The position numbers and the translations under genes are program-made. Below are positions 45,847 through 54,159 of a DNA stretch of 64,000 bases, piece after piece. A model generated the notes under the pieces. That model worked only from the letters and a program-made list of their open reading frames with translations, made no database searches and had not been told where the DNA came from. Origin of the DNA: an uncultured Bacteriovoracaceae bacterium (GTDB lineage Bacteria > Bdellovibrionota > Bacteriovoracia > Bacteriovoracales > Bacteriovoracaceae); assembly GCA_964399165.1 (NCBI GenBank), contig CAYNPO010000014.1:12147-76146 (forward strand), written 5' to 3'. Numbering within the stretch: position 1 is the first letter of the stretch; the number at the start of each line of letters is the position of its first letter.

Positions 45847-46995
45847 GTGAGCAAGCGCAAGGTCATGGTTCTGACGGGAACGCGGGCCGACTACGGTCTC
45901 CTCCGCCACACCCTGCGCGAAATCCTGCAGCATCCGGCCCTTGAGTTGTGCCTGGTGGTGACCGGCACACATCTCTCCGCCGCTCATGGCGAAACCGAGT
46001 GGGAGATCGCGGCCGATCAGATCCCCATCGCTCACCGCCTGCCGATCTTGGATGGGGAGGGTGATGTGTCGCGCGCCAGCGCCCGCGCTTTGGAAGGTGT
46101 GGCGGAACTCCTACGCGCGGAAAACCCCGATGTGCTGCTGGTACTGGGAGACCGTTACGAAACTTTCGCCGCCGGCGCCGCGGCCACGTTGCTCAACGTG
46201 CCGCTGGCCCACGTGCACGGCGGGGAGCTGACCTTGGGAGCGGTAGACGATGCTCTCCGCCACTCCTTGACCAAGATGGCCTGGTGGCATTTCACCGCCG
46301 CCGAGGAATACCGGCAGCGGGTCATCCGTATGGGGGAGGACCCCCAGCGCGTCTTCAACTTAGGGGCCCCTGCGGTGGACGCTTTGAATGGGACTCCCGT
46401 GCCCAAGGAAGAATTGGAGCGGGCCGTGGGGTTGGAGCTACGCCCCCCCGTGGTGCTGGCTACTTTCCATCCGGAAACGAAATCCCCAGGCCAAGCCGCC
46501 GCCCAAGTGGGAATCCTGTGGCAAGGCCTGGTGGCGGCAGCCCCAGGAACCGTGGTCTTCACCCGCGCCAACGCGGACGCGGAAGGGAACGTGGTCAACT
46601 CCACGTTGGAAAAACTCATTGCGGGTGGGGAAATCCCCCATGCCCGGCTGGTGGATTCCCTGGGCCACCGCAACTACTTCTCCCTTTTGCGCCTGGCTGA
46701 CGTGGGCTTCGGCAACTCCTCCAGCTTGGTCATCGAGGCCCCGATTTTGTGCACTCCCAGCGTGAACGTGGGCCAGCGGCAGGAAGGCCGGGTGCGGGCG
46801 CCTTCCGTGACGGACGTGGGTTTTGACCCCCCCGCCATTCGGGACGCCTTGCGAGCGGCATGGGCCCCGGGCAGACGGGCGCTCCTGTCGGGCATGCCCC
46901 ATCCATTCGGAATCCCGGGTGTCGCCAAGCGCATCGTGGACGTTTTGGCGGGGGCCGAACTGCCTCGGAATTTGATAAAGAGATTTCATGAATAA
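45847..46995 (+). CDS. legG: Hydrolysing nucleotide-sugar 2-epimerase (NeuC/LegG family)
   Basis: GTG start 2 nt after the legI stop. VLTGTRADYG, VLGDRYE and HVHGGE motifs. Confidence 0.85.
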   Translation: MSKRKVMVLTGTRADYGLLRHTLREILQHPALELCLVVTGTHLSAAHGETEWEIAADQIPIAHRLPILDGEGDVSRASARALEGVAELLRAENPDVLLVLGDRYETFAAGAAATLLNVPLAHVHGGELTLGAVDDALRHSLTKMAWWHFTAAEEYRQRVIRMGEDPQRVFNLGAPAVDALNGTPVPKEELERAVGLELRPPVVLATFHPETKSPGQAAAQVGILWQGLVAAAPGTVVFTRANADAEGNVVNSTLEKLIAGGEIPHARLVDSLGHRNYFSLLRLADVGFGNSSSLVIEAPILCTPSVNVGQRQEGRVRAPSVTDVGFDPPAIRDALRAAWAPGRRALLSGMPHPFGIPGVAKRIVDVLAGAELPRNLIKRFHE

Positions 46996-48046
46996 TTGGG
47001 AAAAGCTGATCGTCCAGCCGGGGATGAGCATCTTGCAGGCGATGAAGGCCATCGACCAGGCGGCTACCCGCTTTGTCATCGTTATGGACGATTCGGGCAA
47101 GCTTTTGGGCGTGGTCACCGACGGGGACGTGCGCCGGGGCATCCTCAAGAACATTCCCCTGACCGAGCCGGTGGAGCGGATCATGAACGCCCACCCTTAT
47201 TGCCTTCCCGACGGGGTCTCCCGGGCCGAGGCCAGGCGTCTGTTGGATGAAAAACAGATCACTCACGTGCCAACAGTGGATAGCCGGGGCAAAGTGACGG
47301 GAGTCATTAGTAACGTGGACCGCCCGGAAACCACGGTGTGCCCGTACACCGCGGTGTTGATGGTGGGGGGGCTAGGCACTCGCTTGGGCGAGTTGACCTC
47401 CGAATGCCCCAAACCCATGCTGCCCGTGAGCGGGCGGCCGGTACTTGAAACTATTGTGAGAAATCTGCGCGAGCATGGTTTCCGAGATTTCGTGTTCTGC
47501 GTGAATTACCGCGCGGACGTCATCAAGTCACACTTCGGCGATGGGGAGGCCCTCGGTGTGCGCATTCGCTATGTCCATGAGACCAAACGGATGGGAACCG
47601 CGGGCGCCTTGGGTCTTTTGCCTGAGGATGTACAGGGCCCCCTCTTGGTCATGAACGGTGACATTGTGACCAACGTGAATTTCACGCGCTTGCTGGATTT
47701 CCACCAGGAGCATCGCTCTTGCGCCACCATGGGTGTCCGCAACTATGATTTCCAGGTTCCCTTCGGAGTTATCAAAACCTCTGAGGGACGCATCACCGGA
47801 ATAGAGGAGAAACCTGTCTACAATTTCATGGTGAGCGCGGGGATTTATGTGCTGGAGAAGAAATGGCTCTCCTCCGTGGAGCCGGGGGCTTTCTTTGATA
47901 TGCCCCAACTGTTCGAGAAAATCGGTGAGGGCGGCGGGGCCACCCACGTCTTTCCGATCCATGAGTACTGGCTAGATATTGGCTCGGAAGGGGACCTCAA
48001 GCGCGCCCACGAGGAATTCCCCCAATGGGACAGATGGAAGGAATGA
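46988..48046 (+). CDS. ptmE: CBS-domain sugar-phosphate nucleotidyltransferase (PtmE-like)
   Basis: 8-nt overlap with legG. Two CBS repeats (VIVMDDSGKLLGVVTDGDVRR; HVPTVDSRGKVTGVIS), then VLMVGGLGTRL...KPMLPV. Confidence 0.8.
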   Translation: MNNWEKLIVQPGMSILQAMKAIDQAATRFVIVMDDSGKLLGVVTDGDVRRGILKNIPLTEPVERIMNAHPYCLPDGVSRAEARRLLDEKQITHVPTVDSRGKVTGVISNVDRPETTVCPYTAVLMVGGLGTRLGELTSECPKPMLPVSGRPVLETIVRNLREHGFRDFVFCVNYRADVIKSHFGDGEALGVRIRYVHETKRMGTAGALGLLPEDVQGPLLVMNGDIVTNVNFTRLLDFHQEHRSCATMGVRNYDFQVPFGVIKTSEGRITGIEEKPVYNFMVSAGIYVLEKKWLSSVEPGAFFDMPQLFEKIGEGGGATHVFPIHEYWLDIGSEGDLKRAHEEFPQWDRWKE

Positions 48047-48122
48047 AGAAAACTGACGCCCGTCATGGAGACGCCCGGCGATTGGGATAGATTGGGCGAG
48101 AATCAAAACCTGGGAGCAACAT

Positions 48123-48866
48123 ATGGACAAAAACCAAGTGCAAGAGTTTCAGGAAAAAGGCTACACCAAGGTCGCGGGTTTCTTTACCCCGCAGGAAGTG
48201 GCTGAAATCAACCGCCACGTGCAGGAGTACGTCGACGGACGGGCCCGCGAACTTTCCGGACGCGACATAAACTTCTCCAGTGGCGTTCCCAACTCCATCC
48301 ACAAACTATGGAACCCAGGCGAGAAGAACTTCTTCAACACTTTCGCAGCCTCCGAGAAATTAATGGAGCTGGTCCGCCCTTTCCTGAATGACGACCCAGA
48401 GTTGCGCGCTTCCGAGCTCTTCCTCAAACCCGCTAAGGTGGGTTTGCCCAGCCCCCACCACCAGGACAACTTCTATTGGTGTCTGGATGACGCTAACGGC
48501 TTGACGGTGTGGGTGGCGCTGGTGCCGTGCGGTCCTGAAAACGGCGGCATTTTCTACTACGAAGGCTCGCACAAGATGGGCATCCTCGCGCACAAGGATT
48601 CCTTCGCCCCCGGATCTTCCCAGACAGTTAAAGACCTGGGGGAGATCGGGCATTTGAAGAAAGTGGTGCCCTCCCTGGTACCCGGGGACGTGTTGCTCCA
48701 CCACTCCCTAACGGTTCATGGCAGCGACGCCAACACCAGTGACTTTCCCCGCAAGGGTTGGACCATCCAGTACAAGGCGAAGAGTTCGGTCTACAACAAG
48801 GACATGCTCAACCACTATAACAACCGGTTGGCCGAGCAGGTGAAGGCGCGCGAGGAACGGCGCTAG
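48123..48866 (+). CDS. Phytanoyl-CoA dioxygenase (PhyH)-family Fe(II)/2-oxoglutarate oxygenase
   Basis: SD GGGAG upstream. HHQDNFYW (HxD) and LTVHGSDAN (distal His). Confidence 0.75.
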   Translation: MDKNQVQEFQEKGYTKVAGFFTPQEVAEINRHVQEYVDGRARELSGRDINFSSGVPNSIHKLWNPGEKNFFNTFAASEKLMELVRPFLNDDPELRASELFLKPAKVGLPSPHHQDNFYWCLDDANGLTVWVALVPCGPENGGIFYYEGSHKMGILAHKDSFAPGSSQTVKDLGEIGHLKKVVPSLVPGDVLLHHSLTVHGSDANTSDFPRKGWTIQYKAKSSVYNKDMLNHYNNRLAEQVKAREERR

Positions 48867-49651
48867 GCCCCTTGGGGGCGGCGCGCCCTCACCACGTAGG
48901 ACATGGGGAACGCCTTGTCAGGCTTCTGCAGGTTCTTGGGGTAGCGCCGCTCCAGCTCCATGAGCCGGGGAAATTCTTCTTGGAAGAACCAGCGGGAGCG
49001 CTGCTCGCGCTCTCCTTCGGGAAAATTCTCGAGCGCCATCTGCCATGCGTAGGCAATCACGTCGAACACCCCGCTTCCAAGTTCCGCCCCTTCCCACTGC
49101 AATCCCCGTCGCGTGAGTTCTTCCTGAAATCCGTAGGGGGTGTAGCGTAGGTAGTCGTCGGGTACATGGTGGAGTTCGCGGACCAGGCCTTCGAATACCA
49201 TCAATTCGCCGCCGGGAGCGAGCAGCCTTGCCCATTGGTCGAACATGCCCTTTTGATCGCGGATGTGGTGGACGATGTTGGGCGGGAAAACCAGGTCGAA
49301 AGACGCGTCGGGGAGGAAATCCAGCCGACCAGGGTCGGCGGCATGGTGGGCGCGCATGCGGATGAAGTCGGGGTGGTCCACCACGCTGGACTGGTGTCCG
49401 GTTCGTTGCGCCAAGGAATCGTTCACGCAGTCCACCACCGTGCAGTGGTGGTCCGCGAACAGCGGGCCGTACAGGGAGTGCCCGCCGAAGAAGTAAGCGC
49501 GCTCCAGTACCAGTACGCGTTTGCCGGAAGGGTTGGTGGCCAGCCACCGTTCAAGCGCCTGGAACAGCACGCGGAACTGGGGCCACTTTCCTTCGGTGTG
49601 GTAGACGCTTTTTTTCAGGAAATCCAGGTGGCGTGCCACATCCGCGTTCAT
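48863..49651 (-). CDS. Methyltransferase-like protein (class I fold, degenerate motif I)
   Basis: ATG at 49651 forms an ATGA overlap with the upstream stop. VLVLERAYFFGG and FDLVFPPNIVHHI...LAPGGELMVFE. Confidence 0.5.
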   Translation of the reverse strand: MNADVARHLDFLKKSVYHTEGKWPQFRVLFQALERWLATNPSGKRVLVLERAYFFGGHSLYGPLFADHHCTVVDCVNDSLAQRTGHQSSVVDHPDFIRMRAHHAADPGRLDFLPDASFDLVFPPNIVHHIRDQKGMFDQWARLLAPGGELMVFEGLVRELHHVPDDYLRYTPYGFQEELTRRGLQWEGAELGSGVFDVIAYAWQMALENFPEGEREQRSRWFFQEEFPRLMELERRYPKNLQKPDKAFPMSYVVRARRPQGA

Positions 49652-50355
49652 CGCTTCCCCTCTTGCCACAGCAATTCCGCCAGCCGGAAATCCAGCTGGT
49701 CATCAATGTTCACGCCCCGTTCCGGGGGCATCATATAGGGAACGCAGTCGGCGCCGTAAAACGTGCGGTGGCGCCGGAGGGTTTCCACCGTCGCCACGAA
49801 AACTGCGCCGCTAGTAATGAGCGCCTGGGGCAAGTCCTGGCGGTTGCCTTCGTGCGTGCCAGGTAGCAGCGGTTCCAGCCGCCCGTCCGCGCCCACCTTT
49901 TTCATCTTGTAGGGATTTCTTCCTCCTACGTCGACCATGCTGACTACCGAGCCGTGGGGGCCCAGGAGGCCCAGGCAGGCGTCGATATCGGCCGAAGTGC
50001 GCAAGGGCGAGGTGGGTTGTAGCCAGCAGAGTGCGTGGGGGAGAGGTTCGCTCTGCGCCTCCAACCATCCCAAAAAATGCAGGGCCACTTCCACAGCGGT
50101 GGAGCGGTCGCCGGCTAGGGCGGCGGGACGGACGTAAGGGATGCGGACGCGCGGAAAACGCTCCCGCACGTCTGCGATGAGTTCTTCGTCGTCTGTGTCC
50201 AGGAAAACCGCCCCGAGGCGTGATCCAAGGGCCTGGCGGCAGGCGTGACCTACGAGGGTGTCGTCGCCAAGACGGCGTTTGTTTTTCCCCGGTAGGCCTT
50301 TCGAGCCCTGGCGGGCAGGGATGATCCCATAGATATTGGGCAGTGCTTCAGCCAT
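49648..50355 (-). CDS. Acylneuraminate-type cytidylyltransferase (CMP-nonulosonate synthetase, NeuA/LegF/PseF family)
   Basis: Start chosen at the ATG giving MAEALPNIYGIIPARQGSKGLPGKN (50355). GGAGG upstream. WLQPTSPLR motif. Confidence 0.8.
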   Translation of the reverse strand: MAEALPNIYGIIPARQGSKGLPGKNKRRLGDDTLVGHACRQALGSRLGAVFLDTDDEELIADVRERFPRVRIPYVRPAALAGDRSTAVEVALHFLGWLEAQSEPLPHALCWLQPTSPLRTSADIDACLGLLGPHGSVVSMVDVGGRNPYKMKKVGADGRLEPLLPGTHEGNRQDLPQALITSGAVFVATVETLRRHRTFYGADCVPYMMPPERGVNIDDQLDFRLAELLWQEGKR

Positions 50356-50384
50356 GCTGGGATGCGCCTCCGAAAGCTCAATGC

Positions 50385-50390
50385 TATATT
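50385..50390 (+). promoter_or_regulatory. -10-like hexamer TATATT, 6 nt upstream of the ATG at 50397
   Basis: gcTATATTgcgggcATG with no SD. Confidence 0.3.
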
Positions 50391-50396
50391 GCGGGC

Positions 50397-51254
50397 ATGT
50401 TACTGGGAAGACAATGGCCGACGCTCCTACTCGATGGGACAAAGCGGCTTCCATGGAAGGAGTGGCAGCAGCGCCGTTTCGGGCATCGGTACGGTTTTCT
50501 CTATCTTGTTTGGTCCCGGGTCCATTATGCCATGGCCCGTGCTCTCTATATCCTGGTCCGCCGTCGTTGGCGCAAAGACGGAATGCAAGCCCTGGTGCGG
50601 GAGACTTTTCGCATCACCCGCTGCGATGTAGGGGGTCTGAGAGCCGCCTTCCTACAGGAATGGGGGGAAGCTCGCGGCGAGGGGAGGGGCAAGTTGTCCT
50701 TGGATGCGCTGGCCCGCCTGGCGCCCCAGATCGCCGCGTGCTTGGAACAGGTGGCTCCCGAGATCGAGAAAATCTATGGCACGTTTTTCCGCGTGAACCT
50801 GGTATCCGCCTCACGCACACGTCCCGCCGCCATGGAGCCAGGAAGTTCTTTCGACTTCCACTACGACAACGTTCCTTGGTGCAGCCTCAAGGTGTTCTTC
50901 TACTTGAACGACCAGCAAGCGGACACAGGCGCCTTTAGGGCGCTGGATGCCGACACGACTGCCAGTCTCATCCAGCGTGGGTTCGACAGCTCCTCCGTCG
51001 AGCGGCGGACGCGTTCCCAAGCGCTGGTCACGCCCGACATTCGCTCACGCCTGCGCGTGGCCGAAGGTACCGAAGGAACGGTCTTGATATGGCATAACCG
51101 CTTGGTGCACAAGGCGACCTTGCCGGAACGCGGTCACCGCGATTTGGTGCAGTTGGAAATCATGCCGGCGTTGTGGCCCTCAGACTTCCGCCGCCTGCTA
51201 CGCCGTCCGCGCCAGGAGAACACCACTTGGGAACTTATCGGGCGCGGGCTTTGA
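50397..51254 (+). CDS. Hypothetical protein with cupin/2OG-Fe(II)-oxygenase-like HxD...H signature
   Basis: ATG at 50397, preceded by TATATT with a 6-nt spacer and no SD. FDFHYDN ... IWHNRLVHKA. Confidence 0.45.
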   Translation: MLLGRQWPTLLLDGTKRLPWKEWQQRRFGHRYGFLYLVWSRVHYAMARALYILVRRRWRKDGMQALVRETFRITRCDVGGLRAAFLQEWGEARGEGRGKLSLDALARLAPQIAACLEQVAPEIEKIYGTFFRVNLVSASRTRPAAMEPGSSFDFHYDNVPWCSLKVFFYLNDQQADTGAFRALDADTTASLIQRGFDSSSVERRTRSQALVTPDIRSRLRVAEGTEGTVLIWHNRLVHKATLPERGHRDLVQLEIMPALWPSDFRRLLRRPRQENTTWELIGRGL

Positions 51255-51256
51255 CC

Positions 51257-52792
51257 ATGGGTCCCCGGGTTTTCTACGTGGGCTGCGTGGGGGAGTTTTG
51301 GGCGGATGCCGCAAAATGGCTCGAACAGGAGCGTGGCTGGCAAGCCGTCTTCTGGAGCGGGGTGGGGCGCGGTCACACCGACTCGCGTCTTCCCAACGAG
51401 GACCATGTGCGTCGGCTTTTCCCAGAAGTCATTTTCCACGACGCCCTAGCCATGGAGCACTTGGCGGGATTGGCCCGGCGCTATCCCGATGGGGCGGACC
51501 TGCATGCAGTGGGCAGCGGGCTTTACGAGGCTTTTTTCATGCATGCCCGACAGGAGAGTGCTGGGGACACCCACACCTTGCATGACCGTTGGATGGCCTA
51601 TGTGAACCACTACGCCAAATGGGATGCTTTGGTGGAAGAGCTGCGGCCCGACCTGGTCTTCCATCCCGAGATTCCGCATTTCACTTCCGACTTGGCCCTC
51701 ATGCACGTGGCGCGCCGACGTGGAGTTCGCACGATCTATGGCTACTTCACCAAGTTCCGCAAAGGGCGCGTGTGGACGGCGGACCCCTACCGCAAATCCC
51801 TCTATCCCCGGCGGGTGATGGAGGACGCGCCCCTCGATCCACGGGTGACTGAGTACGTGGGGAAGCTGCGGGCGCGCCAGTACGAGGTTCCACTCGTGGA
51901 GCGCCAGTTCACTACCCGCGCGGCCAATAGCGGAGTGATCAATTGGAGTTACGGCTGCGCCCGCGCCATGTTGGGCCAGTTGCTGAGGGGGAAGGCTTTC
52001 CGCCGCGTGTACGACCACACGCTGGCACGTGACTCACACATTACCCGTGCCGCCCTCCCACCCACCTGGTTGCGCCACCGCTGGAACCTCTACAGGGGGG
52101 GGCTGTTGAACATCGCCAACTACGCCGCTTACCGGAGGCTGGAGGGACGCGCGGATTTCACGCGCCCATACGTGTACTTCGCCCCGAGTTACCAACCTGA
52201 GCGCACCACGTCCCCGGACGCCGGGCTGTACGTGGACACCGGTTACCTTCTGCGGCTGGTGCGTGAATTGGTGCCTAAGGAGTGGGAGATCCTTTACAAG
52301 GAACACCCGCGCAACTTCGATCCGCGCTCACGGGGCTACCTGCTACGGGACCAGCTGTTTTACCGCGAGATATCTTCCATACCGGGAGTCCGCCTTCTCA
52401 GTCTCGACCACGATTCTTTCGAGCTCATAGATCACGCCAAGTTTTGCGTCACGGCCACGGGGTCGGTGGGATTGGAGGCAGCCTTGCGCGGGAAACAGGC
52501 CATCATTTGGGGATCTCCCTGGTATGAGGGGGTGGATGGCGCCTTCAGAGTGGAAACCCGGGCGGAGTTCACCGCCGCTTTGGCCAAGATCACCGCTGGC
52601 TACGCCAATGATCTGGAGTACAACAAACGCTACCTCAACACGTTGTTGCGTTTGGAGGGTGAGTTCCCCCACTTGTTCCGGGAGCGGGAGGTGCGCGAGC
52701 TGAAGCGGCAGGATCCCGCCGCATATGGCGCCCAGGTGGAGGCCATGGGACGCTCGCTGATTGATTTCTTGGCGTCCGAGGATGTCCATTGA
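51257..52792 (+). CDS. Capsule-biosynthesis-type GT-B protein (KpsS/KpsC/LpsZ-like; candidate nonulosonate or Kdo-like transferase)
   Basis: ATG at 51257, 2 nt after the upstream stop. YVYFAPSYQPERTTSPDAG...WEILYKEHPRN...VTATGSVGLEAALRGK pattern. Contains a G8 tract at 52095-52102. Confidence 0.5.
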   Translation: MGPRVFYVGCVGEFWADAAKWLEQERGWQAVFWSGVGRGHTDSRLPNEDHVRRLFPEVIFHDALAMEHLAGLARRYPDGADLHAVGSGLYEAFFMHARQESAGDTHTLHDRWMAYVNHYAKWDALVEELRPDLVFHPEIPHFTSDLALMHVARRRGVRTIYGYFTKFRKGRVWTADPYRKSLYPRRVMEDAPLDPRVTEYVGKLRARQYEVPLVERQFTTRAANSGVINWSYGCARAMLGQLLRGKAFRRVYDHTLARDSHITRAALPPTWLRHRWNLYRGGLLNIANYAAYRRLEGRADFTRPYVYFAPSYQPERTTSPDAGLYVDTGYLLRLVRELVPKEWEILYKEHPRNFDPRSRGYLLRDQLFYREISSIPGVRLLSLDHDSFELIDHAKFCVTATGSVGLEAALRGKQAIIWGSPWYEGVDGAFRVETRAEFTAALAKITAGYANDLEYNKRYLNTLLRLEGEFPHLFREREVRELKRQDPAAYGAQVEAMGRSLIDFLASEDVH

Positions 52793-54159
52793 GCCCTTCT
52801 GCCGACGAACTCGCCCGCTGGATTCGCGAGGGCGAAGCCGATCCCGCCTTGCGCAGGTTGCGCGTGGGGCGGGTGGACGCATGGCCTTTGCTGCGACTGA
52901 GTTGGGCCAGTGCGCTCGGTTTGTTACTGGTGCCCGCGCCACGTTCTGGCGCGGGCACGGCACTTCCTCGCTGGCGCGGGCTCCGTCACCTACCTATGCT
53001 GTGGTGGGAGTTGCTTCGCACACGCGGAGGCGTACTGGCTTTCCACAGTGCCAATAGCCGTTTTCTGGAAAATGCCGGCGAGCTGGTGGCTCCGCACCTC
53101 TTCCCAGTCTTGAAAGAGCTTTCGGCTCGTCATCCGGTGCTGGTGATGGAGTATGGGGCCCAGGGGAAATCCCCGGTGCGTTCTTTTAGCGCCTTCTCCC
53201 ACGGGGAAGCCCTCATCTGGATGGCTTCTTTCTTGGTGCGGCGTTTGCGTCTTTCCCCTCCCGGCCTGGGCGAGCTGCGCGTGGCGCTGGAGCGCATGGG
53301 GGTGCCGGCCCCTCAGGCGAGTCAGGCATTGGAAAATGTGGCTGCCGCTCATGTGCTGGCAGGGTGGTGGGAGCGCCTGCTGCGATTCCATCGCACTGGC
53401 GGTGTGTGGATGCTTTGTTATTACACCCGCCCGGGCATGGCCTTATGCGCGGCCGCTCGCAGCGTGGGCATACCTTGCATCGACGTGCAGCACGGCGCTC
53501 AAAGCAGCCGCCATTACGCTTACTGCGGTTTCGAGGGGCACGCTATCCAGCCTTATAACACCCTTCCCACCGCGTTCTGGACCTGGGGAGCGCGTGAAGC
53601 CGAGTGGCTCAAATCCTGGGTGGGCGAGGGCACATCGGTCCAGGTGGTGGGGTACCCCACGGCGAAACTCCCTTTGGCCCCTGTGCCGGCGGAGCTTCCC
53701 AGGGAGAGATGTGCCCTTTTCACCGTGGATCAGCGCACGGAACCAGCTCAGGTTGACGCCATTCTCGCCGCCAACCCCCGCTGGACGTGGCTTATCCGCC
53801 TGCATCCCTCCATGCGTACTGAAGCCGCCGAATGGCAGCGCCGTCTAGGGCCAGGCGTATGGGTAGAGTGGCCTACGAAAGCGGCCCTTCCCACTGTGCT
53901 TCGGAACGTAGATTGCCATGTGACCCATTACTCGGGGGTGGTGGCTGAAGCGGCGTTGTTGGGTGTGTTCTCGATCATGACCCATCCCCGCTCACTGGAG
54001 TTTTATCCAGAATTAGTGCGGGATGGGTTGGCAATTTTCAATGAAAACCCGCATTTGGATGAGCTGATGGCCCAGCGCAAGGAGGAGTCCCTGCTAGACC
54101 CACCGGACTACCTTGCTTTGTGGGAGCGGACTCGCATGGAGGATGAATTTGGTCTTTGA
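52789..54159 (+). CDS. Second capsule-type GT-B-like protein (weak)
   Basis: IDVQHGAQS ... WLIRLHPSM ... VTHYSGVVAEAALLG. The TTG start overlaps the upstream stop; the true start is uncertain. Confidence 0.4.
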   Translation: MSPSADELARWIREGEADPALRRLRVGRVDAWPLLRLSWASALGLLLVPAPRSGAGTALPRWRGLRHLPMLWWELLRTRGGVLAFHSANSRFLENAGELVAPHLFPVLKELSARHPVLVMEYGAQGKSPVRSFSAFSHGEALIWMASFLVRRLRLSPPGLGELRVALERMGVPAPQASQALENVAAAHVLAGWWERLLRFHRTGGVWMLCYYTRPGMALCAAARSVGIPCIDVQHGAQSSRHYAYCGFEGHAIQPYNTLPTAFWTWGAREAEWLKSWVGEGTSVQVVGYPTAKLPLAPVPAELPRERCALFTVDQRTEPAQVDAILAANPRWTWLIRLHPSMRTEAAEWQRRLGPGVWVEWPTKAALPTVLRNVDCHVTHYSGVVAEAALLGVFSIMTHPRSLEFYPELVRDGLAIFNENPHLDELMAQRKEESLLDPPDYLALWERTRMEDEFGL

